Assembly: GCA_014729915.1 (NCBI GenBank)
Contig: WJJD01000016.1
Span: 1 to 41,648, forward strand
DNA: 41,648 nt
Direction: 5' to 3'
Source: Candidatus Woesearchaeota archaeon
Lineage (GTDB): Archaea > Nanobdellota > Nanobdellia > Woesearchaeales > GW2011-AR15
Shown piece by piece: positions 28,190 through 36,496 of this stretch. A model generated the notes under the pieces. The model was not told the origin of the DNA, did no database searches, and saw only the letters and a list, made by a program, of their open reading frames with translations. Every line of letters begins with the position of its first letter. The first letter of the stretch is position 1. Both the position numbers and the translations under genes were made by a program.

Positions 28190-29485
28190 ATGGTTATATC
28201 TCATCAGGCAAAAATTCTTAATGATTTGATAAAAAATGCAAATCAGGGTGTTTATGATCTTCTCTCTGTAAAAGGTAAAGGGATATATTTTCCTTCAGGA
28301 GGAATATTAGCCCAGGCAGGAGAAGCAAAAGAAAAAAACATTAATGCTACTATAGGACAGGCAATAGATGATGACGGTTCGCCTATGAGGGTTAAGGCGA
28401 TTGACAAAAACATCATGTTACCTCCTGAAGATGCATTTTTTTATACTTCCAGTTTTGGAAAGCCTGAATTAAGGAGAAAATGGAAGGAGCTAATCCTTAA
28501 AAAAAATCCTTCTCTTAGTTCAAAAATCAGTATTCCTGTCGCAACAAATGCTTTAACACATGCATTAAGTATTGCAGGATATATGTTTGTTGATCCGAAA
28601 GATAGGATAATACTTGCTGATAAATTCTGGGGAAATTATAAGTTGATATTTACAAATGGATTTTCAGGAATCCTTGATACTTTCAACACTTTTAAAGACA
28701 ATGGTTTTGATACAGAAGCATTTTCAGAAGTTCTTTTAAGCGGACCCGGAAAAAAAATTGTGCTTTTGAATTTTCCTAACAATCCTTCCGGCTATACACC
28801 AACTGAAAAAGAAGCCCAAAAGATCATAGATATTTTAAAAAATGCAGCTGACAATGGAGAAAAGATTGTTGTTTTGCTTGATGATGCTTATTTTGGTCTT
28901 GTTTATGAAGAAGGGATATACACGGAGTCATTGTTCTCAAAGATTGCAGATCTTCATAAAAATATTCTTGCTGTAAAAATTGACGGTCCAACTAAAGAAG
29001 ATTATGTGTGGGGATTCAGGATAGGCTTTATAACTTTCGGAATTAAAAAAGGTAATAATGAATTGTATTCTGCTCTTGAAAACAAAACTGCTGGAGCAAT
29101 CAGGGGAAATATTTCAAATGCCTGCCATCTTTCTCAGAGCCTGCTTTTGGAGGCTTATAATAATCCAAAATATGATCGGCAGAAAAAACAGAATTACGTT
29201 GTTTTAAAATCACGCTATGAAAAAGTAAAAGAGGTTTTAAAAAATCAAAAGTATACTGAATATTTTCGATCTCTTCCCTATAACTCTGGATATTTTATGT
29301 GTGTGAAGATCAATGAAAATATTGATGCAGAAAAATTAAGAAGAGTACTTTTGGAAAAATATTCAACAGGTATCATTGTTATGGGAAATATTGCAAGGAT
29401 TGCTTATTCTGCAGTATCTAAAGAAAAGATACAAGACCTTTTTTCAAATCTATTTAAAGCTTGTAAAGAAGTAATGGAGGGATAA
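28190..29485 (+). CDS. class I/II PLP-dependent aminotransferase (aspartate-aminotransferase-like)
   Basis: It has the NFPNNPSGYTP motif and the LDDAYFGLVYE motif. The Lys region is PTKEDYVWGFRIGF. Confidence 0.75.
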   Translation: MVISHQAKILNDLIKNANQGVYDLLSVKGKGIYFPSGGILAQAGEAKEKNINATIGQAIDDDGSPMRVKAIDKNIMLPPEDAFFYTSSFGKPELRRKWKELILKKNPSLSSKISIPVATNALTHALSIAGYMFVDPKDRIILADKFWGNYKLIFTNGFSGILDTFNTFKDNGFDTEAFSEVLLSGPGKKIVLLNFPNNPSGYTPTEKEAQKIIDILKNAADNGEKIVVLLDDAYFGLVYEEGIYTESLFSKIADLHKNILAVKIDGPTKEDYVWGFRIGFITFGIKKGNNELYSALENKTAGAIRGNISNACHLSQSLLLEAYNNPKYDRQKKQNYVVLKSRYEKVKEVLKNQKYTEYFRSLPYNSGYFMCVKINENIDAEKLRRVLLEKYSTGIIVMGNIARIAYSAVSKEKIQDLFSNLFKACKEVMEG

Positions 29486-29486
29486 T

Positions 29487-31358
29487 ATGAAATTTAAAGA
29501 ATTAATTGATAGAGAGAACTATGAAAAACTCAAATCACTTGATAATGAAAAGATAATTGAGAAAGTAAAAAAGTATGCTGAAATATGCAAACCAGCCAAA
29601 ATTACTGTTGTTTCTGATTCACCTTTTGATATAAATTATATAAGGAATCTTTCTTTAGAGTGTGGTGAAGAAAAAAAACTGAAAACAAAGGGCCATACTT
29701 ATCATTTTGACGGATATTATGATCAGGCAAGGGACAAGCAAAATACAAAGGTTCTTGTTGAAAAGGGGAGGAAATTAAGCAGGGTTATAAATACGATTGA
29801 AAGAGAAAAGGGCTTAAAAGAAGTTCATCAATACCTTGAAGAGGCTATGAAGGGAAAGGAGATGCTTGTAAGATTCTTTTGTCTTGGTCCAAAAAATTCT
29901 GACTTTTCAATCCTTGCCCTGCAGATAACAGATTCAGCATATGTTGCCCACAGCGAAGATATCCTGTACAGGCAAGGGTATGAAGAATTTAAGAAAAATC
30001 CTGACAAAGATTTCTTTTTTCTGGTGCATTCTGCAGGAAAGTTAGATGAGAGGAAAAACAGTGCTGAGATTGACAAAAGAAGGATTTATATTGATGTTTT
30101 AAAAAACAGGGTTTTTACTGTAAACAACCAGTATGCAGGAAACAGTTTAGGTCTGAAGAAATTAGCTTTGAGGCTTGCAATAAATAAGGCGCATAAAGAA
30201 GACTGGCTTTGTGAACATATGTTTATCATGGGAGTAAAGCCAGAAGATAAAAACAGGACAACTTATTTTACAGGAGCATATCCCAGTGCATGCGGAAAAA
30301 CTTCTACTGCAATGATTCCGGGCCAATCTATTATTGGTGATGATATAGCTTATATCAGGCCAGGAGAAGACGGAATTGCTTATGCTGCAAATATTGAGCA
30401 GGGAATTTTTGGTATTATCAGGGATGTTAATCCTGATGATGATCCGATTATATATAATGCACTCAACAAGCCCGGAGAGATAATCTTTTCAAATATTCTT
30501 GTCAAGGATAAAAAGCCTTACTGGCTTGGTATGGGCAGGAAGCTTCCTGGAAAAGGAGAGAATTTTTCCGGGGAATGGCACAAAGGAAAAAAAGGACCTC
30601 ACGGCAAAGAGGTGCCTCCTGCACATAAGAATGCCCGATATACACTAAGGATAAAAGAATTAGAAAATGCGGATTTTAGGTTGGATGACCCTAAAGGTGT
30701 TCCGGTTCAGGGCATTATTTACGGTGGGAGGGATTCAGATACTTCAGTTCCTGTGTATGAGAGCCTTTCCTGGAGCCATGGTGTCTTTATCGGAGCTTGT
30801 CTAGAGTCTGAGACAACAGCAGCAACACTTGGAAAAGCAGGGTTAAGAAAATTAAGTCCGATGGCGAATATGGACTTTATTGTTGTTCCGTTAGGGACCT
30901 ATATAGAGAATCATCTCAAATTCGGTGAAAATCTTGATTTTTGTCCAAAGATTTTTTCAACCAACTATTTTTTGAAAGAAAAAGGAGAGTTTTTAAATGC
31001 AAAAACTGATAAAAAAGCCTGGATTATGTGGATGGAAGGAAGGATACATGAAGAATATGATGCTGTTGAGACACCGATAGGAAAAATTCCAAAATATGAG
31101 GATATAAAGGATCTTTTTATGAAACTTTTTGGAAAAGATTTTTCAAAAAATGATTATGAGAAGCAGTTTTCTATCCGGTTAAAGAAGTTTCTTGAAAAGC
31201 TTGAGAGAGTTGAAGAGATCTATTCTCAGGAAGAAGAAATCCCCAAGTTTTTTTACAAGCATCTGGAACAAGAGAGAGAAAGGATAAAGACAGCGATACA
31301 AAAGTTCGGAAAGGATGTTGTAAGCCCTTTTGAGTTTAAAAAAATGATTAAAAAATGA
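29487..31358 (+). CDS. pckG: phosphoenolpyruvate carboxykinase (GTP)
   Basis: The YPSACGKTS kinase-1a motif, GDDIAYIRP and size (623 aa) fit GTP-PEPCK. It starts 2 nt after the aminotransferase stop. Confidence 0.9.
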   Translation: MKFKELIDRENYEKLKSLDNEKIIEKVKKYAEICKPAKITVVSDSPFDINYIRNLSLECGEEKKLKTKGHTYHFDGYYDQARDKQNTKVLVEKGRKLSRVINTIEREKGLKEVHQYLEEAMKGKEMLVRFFCLGPKNSDFSILALQITDSAYVAHSEDILYRQGYEEFKKNPDKDFFFLVHSAGKLDERKNSAEIDKRRIYIDVLKNRVFTVNNQYAGNSLGLKKLALRLAINKAHKEDWLCEHMFIMGVKPEDKNRTTYFTGAYPSACGKTSTAMIPGQSIIGDDIAYIRPGEDGIAYAANIEQGIFGIIRDVNPDDDPIIYNALNKPGEIIFSNILVKDKKPYWLGMGRKLPGKGENFSGEWHKGKKGPHGKEVPPAHKNARYTLRIKELENADFRLDDPKGVPVQGIIYGGRDSDTSVPVYESLSWSHGVFIGACLESETTAATLGKAGLRKLSPMANMDFIVVPLGTYIENHLKFGENLDFCPKIFSTNYFLKEKGEFLNAKTDKKAWIMWMEGRIHEEYDAVETPIGKIPKYEDIKDLFMKLFGKDFSKNDYEKQFSIRLKKFLEKLERVEEIYSQEEEIPKFFYKHLEQERERIKTAIQKFGKDVVSPFEFKKMIKK

Positions 31359-31376
31359 ACTGAAAGTTCATTTTTT
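31356..31376 (+). terminator. hairpin plus T6 after pckG
   Basis: TGAACT-GAA-AGTTCA is followed by TTTTTT and overlaps the pckG stop codon. Confidence 0.5.
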
Positions 31377-31381
31377 AATTT

Positions 31382-31448
31382 TGTCAGGATGCGGGATTTG
31401 TGTGAGAATTATGAATTATGTCAGGATGCAGGATTTGTGTGAGAATTA
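31382..31448 (+). repeat. two tandem 30-nt direct repeats (1 mismatch, 7-nt gap)
   Basis: TGTCAGGATGC(G/A)GGATTTGTGTGAGAATTA occurs at 31382..31411 and 31419..31448. Confidence 0.9.
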
Positions 31449-31524
31449 GTAAATTTTTGGGAATGGATTATTTTTTGAATTTTATAGTTCTGCCAGCTTA
31501 GTTTATCATATATAATATAAAAAA

Positions 31525-31569
31525 TTTTAAACGTTTTGGTTTAAAATTTTTTAACCGAACATTTATAAG
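31525..31569 (+). promoter_or_regulatory. 45-nt promoter/operator module, copy 1 (TTAAAC/GTTTAA half-sites plus TATA)
   Basis: 37/45 identical to 34077..34121. It ends in ACATTTATAAG about 22 nt upstream of the ATG at 31591. Confidence 0.6.
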
Positions 31570-31590
31570 TAAGTCCAATAAAATAATTTT

Positions 31591-31725
31591 ATGACTACAA
31601 AGAAAAGACACTGTTTGATCTGTGAAAATATTTTTCTTACAAATAAGAGCTATGTTTATGTATGCAAGGAATGTGTTATTTCTGTTTATAAGAAAGGAGA
31701 GTTCTCAAAGCCTGTTGTAGGATGA
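31591..31725 (+). CDS. 44-aa Cys4 (zinc-ribbon-like) small protein
   Basis: MTTKKRHCLICENIFLTNKSYVYVCKECVISVYKKGEFSKPVVG has CxxC-(13)-CxxC. It lies below the ORF-track size cut-off, and a TATA box sits upstream. Confidence 0.5.
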   Translation: MTTKKRHCLICENIFLTNKSYVYVCKECVISVYKKGEFSKPVVG

Positions 31726-31796
31726 ATCGTACATATTTATAAAATAGATAATCAAGAAAAATAATAAAAATAAATACTTTTTTCTATTATATTAAT

Positions 31797-33155
31797 ATGG
31801 TAGTAAAAACATTACTATTAACTTCTTACTTTGATAGAGAATATGTAGGTTTTCCTTTGGGTATTGCATATCTGGCCTCAGTTTTAGAGAAAAATGGGAA
31901 AAAGGTTGATGTTCTAGATGTTAACGCAAAAAATATATCAAAAAAAAAACTTCATAGAATAATCAAAAAGGAAAAACCAGATTTGATAGGTATCAGTTGT
32001 AATACAGGGACATATAAAGAGGCTTTGGAAATTGCAAGAATTTCCAAGGATGCACATAAAAAATGCAAAGTTGTTATTGGAGGTCCTCATTCAACGTTTA
32101 GTGCAAAGACTATTCTTGAATATCATCCTCAAATTGATTTTTGTATATTAGGAGAAGCAGAATATACACTACTTGAACTAGTTGATAAACTTGAAAACAA
32201 TATTAATTATTATTCTATCAAAGGATTAGGATACAGAAACGGTAAAAAAAATAAAATTTTCATAAATCCGTTGAGGAGATTTATTGAAAATCTCGATGAA
32301 ATACCCTTTCCGAGTTGGCATTTGTTTGATCTTAATAATCCAGAGGTTGAGCAAGCATATAATCTTCCGATTTTTAAGGGAGATAAATCCATTACTATTA
32401 TTTCTTCACGTGGTTGTTATTTTACTTGCTCTTATTGTTATTCTGAGAAATTTTGGGGAAATAGGATAAGATACAGATCACCAAAAAATGTCCTGAATGA
32501 ATTGAAGAAATTGAAGAAAATAGGATTCAAGTCAGTTTTTTTTGAGGATGATACATTTACCATGGATAGAAAAAGAGTGATTGACATTTGTAAATTGATA
32601 TTACAAGAAGGTCTTGAGATTAAATGGGGATGTGCATCTAGAGTGGATCGAGTTGATTTACAATTATTAAAAACTATGAAAAAAGCAGGATGTATCTATA
32701 TTTATTATGGTATTGAATCTAGTAATCAGGAAATTATAGATAGGGCCGGAAAAGAGATTAAAATTGAAGATTCTGAGAAAGCTTTTGAGTTGATGCGAAA
32801 AGTTGGAATAACTTCGGAAGCATCAATCCAATTTGGATTGCCCGGGGAAACAATTGAAACTGCAAAAAATACGATTTATTGGTTAAAAAACAAACTAAAA
32901 CCTGATAGAATTGCAATTTCACTAACGTCTTTGTACCCTGGAACCGTTTTGGCATATACATATAACATTGATGGAAATGATTATGAAAAGGGATATAAAA
33001 AGGATTTATTTAGTCAATGGAAAGAAAATAAATTCATTCATGGAGTAAATGTTTATCAAACAGATTTTTGCAATGAAACAAATCTTAAAATAATCTATAA
33101 GTTAGTTAAGAAACATCTTGGAGCAAAAATAGTTGGCGGATATATTAATAAATAA
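31797..33155 (+). CDS. B12-binding (class B) radical SAM enzyme
   Basis: An N-terminal cobalamin-binding-like domain (DLIGISCNT...VVIGGPH) is followed by SRGCYFTCSYCYS (CxxxCxxC). Confidence 0.8.
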   Translation: MVVKTLLLTSYFDREYVGFPLGIAYLASVLEKNGKKVDVLDVNAKNISKKKLHRIIKKEKPDLIGISCNTGTYKEALEIARISKDAHKKCKVVIGGPHSTFSAKTILEYHPQIDFCILGEAEYTLLELVDKLENNINYYSIKGLGYRNGKKNKIFINPLRRFIENLDEIPFPSWHLFDLNNPEVEQAYNLPIFKGDKSITIISSRGCYFTCSYCYSEKFWGNRIRYRSPKNVLNELKKLKKIGFKSVFFEDDTFTMDRKRVIDICKLILQEGLEIKWGCASRVDRVDLQLLKTMKKAGCIYIYYGIESSNQEIIDRAGKEIKIEDSEKAFELMRKVGITSEASIQFGLPGETIETAKNTIYWLKNKLKPDRIAISLTSLYPGTVLAYTYNIDGNDYEKGYKKDLFSQWKENKFIHGVNVYQTDFCNETNLKIIYKLVKKHLGAKIVGGYINK

Positions 33156-34049
33156 TTATTTTATAAAATCAAAGTGTTCTAATGTTTTTCTCCTCACAGA
33201 ATCGATAATTTCTTTATTTTTATTTAAAACTATGAGTATTGGGTCTTGGTTTTTATACATCTTATTTAAAACTTCATTTATTTTAATGTCTCTTATTTCT
33301 TTCACACTTTTGTAAAGATCATCAAATATACTTAAAAAATTTGCACTATAATGTATTTCAACTAATAAAGTTGGAAAAAGCCAAATTTCTGACAAATCCG
33401 CACAATCAACTCCAGTCTTAAGAAAATAATTTGATTTTTTGTTTTGCAAATAGAAATCTCTCACCCATCTATCCAAAAGTGTGTCACCTTTGCATAATCC
33501 ATATGCCTTCATGTTTTTACTTTTAAGTATTTTCAGATAATTATATTCTTTTTGAGGAGCAAGGAGAGCTCCATAATAATGTATTGCATGATAACAAACA
33601 ATTCTTTCATCTGGGTCTATTTTTGAGATAAATTTTAACTGTTTTTCTCTCAATTTATTATAAAAAATATCAAGATTTTCTAATTTATTAAATGTTATTG
33701 ACTGAACCATGGAATTAGAATCAAGAAAAGAAATGCCTTTTTCAATTGCAGTAGGTTGGTCGCTATTAGTCTTTTTTTTAAGATGTTCAACAAAATTATA
33801 GAGCTGGTCTATCCATTTATCATTTATTCTATACTTATACCCTTTCTGCTCAACAACACCATCTTCAACCAATTGTTTCAGCAACTTATGCACTGCCTGG
33901 TATGTTACAGAGACACCGAATTTCTTTTTTAGAAGATGATGTATCTTTTTTGTCTTCAGACCTGGGTTTGAGCTTAGAATAAAAATTAGTTTATCTTTAG
34001 TTGATCCTGAGTTCAATGAAAAATTTGGTACGAATAGGTCTGTTGACAT
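33156..34049 (-). CDS. winged-helix transcriptional regulator with ~200-aa unknown C-terminal domain
   Basis: The N-terminal wHTH is KKIHHLLKKKFGVSVTYQAVHKLLKQLVEDGVVEQKGYKYRIN. Its stop codon abuts the radical SAM stop codon. Confidence 0.6.
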   Translation of the reverse strand: MSTDLFVPNFSLNSGSTKDKLIFILSSNPGLKTKKIHHLLKKKFGVSVTYQAVHKLLKQLVEDGVVEQKGYKYRINDKWIDQLYNFVEHLKKKTNSDQPTAIEKGISFLDSNSMVQSITFNKLENLDIFYNKLREKQLKFISKIDPDERIVCYHAIHYYGALLAPQKEYNYLKILKSKNMKAYGLCKGDTLLDRWVRDFYLQNKKSNYFLKTGVDCADLSEIWLFPTLLVEIHYSANFLSIFDDLYKSVKEIRDIKINEVLNKMYKNQDPILIVLNKNKEIIDSVRRKTLEHFDFIK

Positions 34050-34076
34050 GCAATTATTATGTGTTTTTTAAGTTAT

Positions 34077-34121
34077 TTTTAAACTTTTTGGTTTAACTGT
34101 ATTAAACGAAACATTTATAAG
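34077..34121 (+). promoter_or_regulatory. 45-nt promoter/operator module, copy 2
   Basis: TTTTAAACTTTTTGGTTTAACTGTATTAAACGAAACATTTATAAG contains GTTTAA-N5-TTAAAC. It lies in the divergent region between the regulator gene and tfe. Confidence 0.6.
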
Positions 34122-34201
34122 GAGAAAAGTTCAATTTTATATAAATCGGGGGTGTAACAGAGGTTACACTATACAAATATCATAATTAAAGGTGTAAACA
34201 A

Positions 34202-34705
34202 ATGAAAATAAAAAAAGAAATATTAATGAAAACTGCTGAAGAATATGTTGGTCGTGATTCTCTGACTATTGTTAATTATTTAATAGGTAAAGAAAAAATT
34301 TCGGAATTTGTAATCGCAGAAGAGACTAATATTGAGATCCATCAGGTAAGAAACATCCTGTACAGGCTGAATAATCATAATTTAGCTATTTATATCAGGA
34401 AAAAAGACAGAAAAAAAGGATGGTATATCAGCTACTGGACATTAAATTACAAGAGATTTCAGGAATTGTATGAAAAATATCAGAAAAAAAGGGTTGAAAA
34501 GCTTAAGGATAAACTTAAAAAAGAGCAGGAAAGCAGAGAGGGACTGTTTATCTGCCCGAAACTTTGCTCAAGAATGAGTTTTGATAAGGCTATGGAGCAC
34601 CAATTCAAGTGTCCTGAATGCGGAACAATTCTTCAGAAACAGGACAATTCCAGAACAATTGAACATCTTAAAGAGATGATCCAGAAGTTTGAAGCTGTTG
34701 CTTAA
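34202..34705 (+). CDS. tfe: transcription factor E (TFIIE-alpha homologue)
   Basis: A winged helix (EFVIAEETNIEIHQVRNILYRLNNHNL) is followed by a zinc ribbon (CPKLC...CPECG). Confidence 0.82.
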   Translation: MKIKKEILMKTAEEYVGRDSLTIVNYLIGKEKISEFVIAEETNIEIHQVRNILYRLNNHNLAIYIRKKDRKKGWYISYWTLNYKRFQELYEKYQKKRVEKLKDKLKKEQESREGLFICPKLCSRMSFDKAMEHQFKCPECGTILQKQDNSRTIEHLKEMIQKFEAVA

Positions 34706-34726
34706 TGGATTTCTTCCATAAATCCA
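34706..34726 (+). terminator. hairpin directly after tfe stop
   Basis: TGGATTT-CTTCCAT-AAATCCA forms a 7-bp stem. Confidence 0.4.
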
Positions 34727-34749
34727 TCTGGATAATACATTTCTTTTCT

Positions 34750-34881
34750 TATAGAGAACTTTGAATTACCTATAGAGAACTTTGAATTATCTATAAATTG
34801 ATCTCTATTTTCAGATGTTTATAGAGAATAATTCAAAGTTCTTCTTAAAGAATTTTGATGTTTTTCAAAATTCTCTATACC
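34750..34881. repeat. TATAGAGAA-box repeat cluster (21-nt tandem repeat x2 plus inverted partial copies)
   Basis: TATAGAGAACTTTGAATTA(C/T)C occurs at 34750 and 34771. The 13-nt inverse TAATTCAAAGTTC is at 34829..34841. TATAGAGAAT at 34820 pairs with ATTCTCTATA at 34870. Confidence 0.85.
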
Positions 34882-34888
34882 TTTAGAA

Positions 34889-36223
34889 TCAGGATCTGAT
34901 GATCTTGAGAACTTCAATTTTCTTTTCTTCCATGAGTTTCTTAGTATCAGCTTCAAGATTCAGCCTTAGCAAAGGTTCAGTGTTGCTGGGCCTAACATTA
35001 AACCACCAGGAATCAAATTCAATCGAAATGCCGTCAAGATAAAATATTTTTTTGGCATCTTTGTATTTTTCAGCAAGCTCTTTTATTTTTTCCTGTTTGT
35101 CATCAACTTCTGAATTTATTTCTCCTGTTGCATAATATTTATTTAATGGTTCAATTAATTCGGATAGCGTCTTTTCCTTTTTTGTGATTAATTCAAGTAT
35201 CCTTAAAATTATGAAGAATGGAGATTCAAAATAATAATTGTCTTTGAGATAAAAGTGTCCTGAAAGCTCTCCTGCAAATATTGCTTCTTCTTTTCTCATC
35301 TTCTCTTTTATAAAAGAATGGCCCACCCTGGTTATTATGGGCCAGCCTTTGTTTTTTTCAATGATTTCAGGTACTATTTTGCTTGATCTTAAATCATATA
35401 AAATCTTTAACTTCGGGGTCTCTTGTAACAAGTCTTGGGCGATTAAGGCAGTAATCTTGTCACTGCCGATTGTGTTAGTCTTTTCATCAACAAAAAACAG
35501 CCTGTCTGCATCTCCGTCCCAAGCAATACCAAAGTCCGCTTTTTCTTTTATTATAAGTTTTTTTAAATCTTTTAGGTTTTCTTCTTTTAGAGGATTTGCT
35601 TCATGGTTCGGAAAATTTCCATCCAGCTCAGAATAAAGAGGAACTATTTCACAATTTAGGTGGGGAAAAAATTTTTTTCCAATCAATGCACCCATACCGT
35701 TTCCGTAATCAACAGCAATTTTTAATTTTTTTAGTTTTTTAATTGTCTGAAAACTTAGTCCATTTAAGATATAATCCTGAAGAATATCTGTTCTCTGCTC
35801 AATTATTCCTCGATCTTTATTCTGGGCAAAATTCTTATTTTTTACGATTTTTTCAATGTCTTTGATTCCTGTTTTCCCGCTTAATGGAATAGCTTTTTCT
35901 CTTACAAATTTAAATCCGTTGTATTGTTTTGGGTTGTGAGAAGCTGTAATCATGATACCTGCATCATAACCGAATTTAGAAACAGCAAAATACATCATCG
36001 GTGTCGATGAAAGACCAATTGATATCACATCTCTTCCCTGATCAAGAATGCCTTCTATTAATGCCTCTTCAAGTTCATTTGATGAGTCCCGCATATCTTT
36101 TGCAACAACCACATTTTTACAGTCAAGAAATGTAACAAATGCACGTCCAATTTTATATGCTATTTCCTTATTTAGCTGGTCAGGATATGTTCCCCTGACA
36201 TCATAGGCTTTAAAGATTGACAT
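34889..36223 (-). CDS. phosphomannomutase/phosphoglucomutase (alpha-D-phosphohexomutase)
   Basis: It has the active-site loop ITASHNPKQYNGFK and the metal loop AWDGDADR. The sugar loop is GELSGH. Confidence 0.88.
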   Translation of the reverse strand: MSIFKAYDVRGTYPDQLNKEIAYKIGRAFVTFLDCKNVVVAKDMRDSSNELEEALIEGILDQGRDVISIGLSSTPMMYFAVSKFGYDAGIMITASHNPKQYNGFKFVREKAIPLSGKTGIKDIEKIVKNKNFAQNKDRGIIEQRTDILQDYILNGLSFQTIKKLKKLKIAVDYGNGMGALIGKKFFPHLNCEIVPLYSELDGNFPNHEANPLKEENLKDLKKLIIKEKADFGIAWDGDADRLFFVDEKTNTIGSDKITALIAQDLLQETPKLKILYDLRSSKIVPEIIEKNKGWPIITRVGHSFIKEKMRKEEAIFAGELSGHFYLKDNYYFESPFFIILRILELITKKEKTLSELIEPLNKYYATGEINSEVDDKQEKIKELAEKYKDAKKIFYLDGISIEFDSWWFNVRPSNTEPLLRLNLEADTKKLMEEKKIEVLKIIRS

Positions 36224-36308
36224 AGCTTTTTTATAATTTGTTAAGAATATTAAAATCTTTCGTTAGTAAGTAAATAGAAAGTCAGATACGGAAAATGGAG
36301 TTTTTTTT

Positions 36309-36470
36309 GTTAACATATTAAGTTGAAAAATTTTCGTTGAATGTCCAAGATGAAATTTTTTTTGACATTTTACATTCATCTTTTGCTGATTAATAGACAA
36401 TAAGAATAAGAAACATTCCGAAAATGGCAAAAAAAACCAGCATTCAACGGAAAGTCTATTCAATGTTAAC
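36309..36470. repeat. long-range inverted repeat (GTTAACAT...CGTTGAATG / CATTCAACG...ATGTTAAC)
   Basis: The arms at 36309..36343 and 36441..36470 share perfect 8-nt outer and 9-nt inner complementary blocks. Confidence 0.8.
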
Positions 36471-36496
36471 TAAAAAAATTTTCCATTGTACACATA

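Noticed and set aside
31382-31448. Mini-CRISPR formed by two 30-nt repeats.
   Set aside because: There are only two copies, separated by 7 nt. There is no spacer-sized interval.
36447-36457. RNase P RNA CR-I-like GGAAAGTC.
   Set aside because: I found no complementary P4 3' strand or other conserved RNase P regions nearby. The match is too short to be meaningful.
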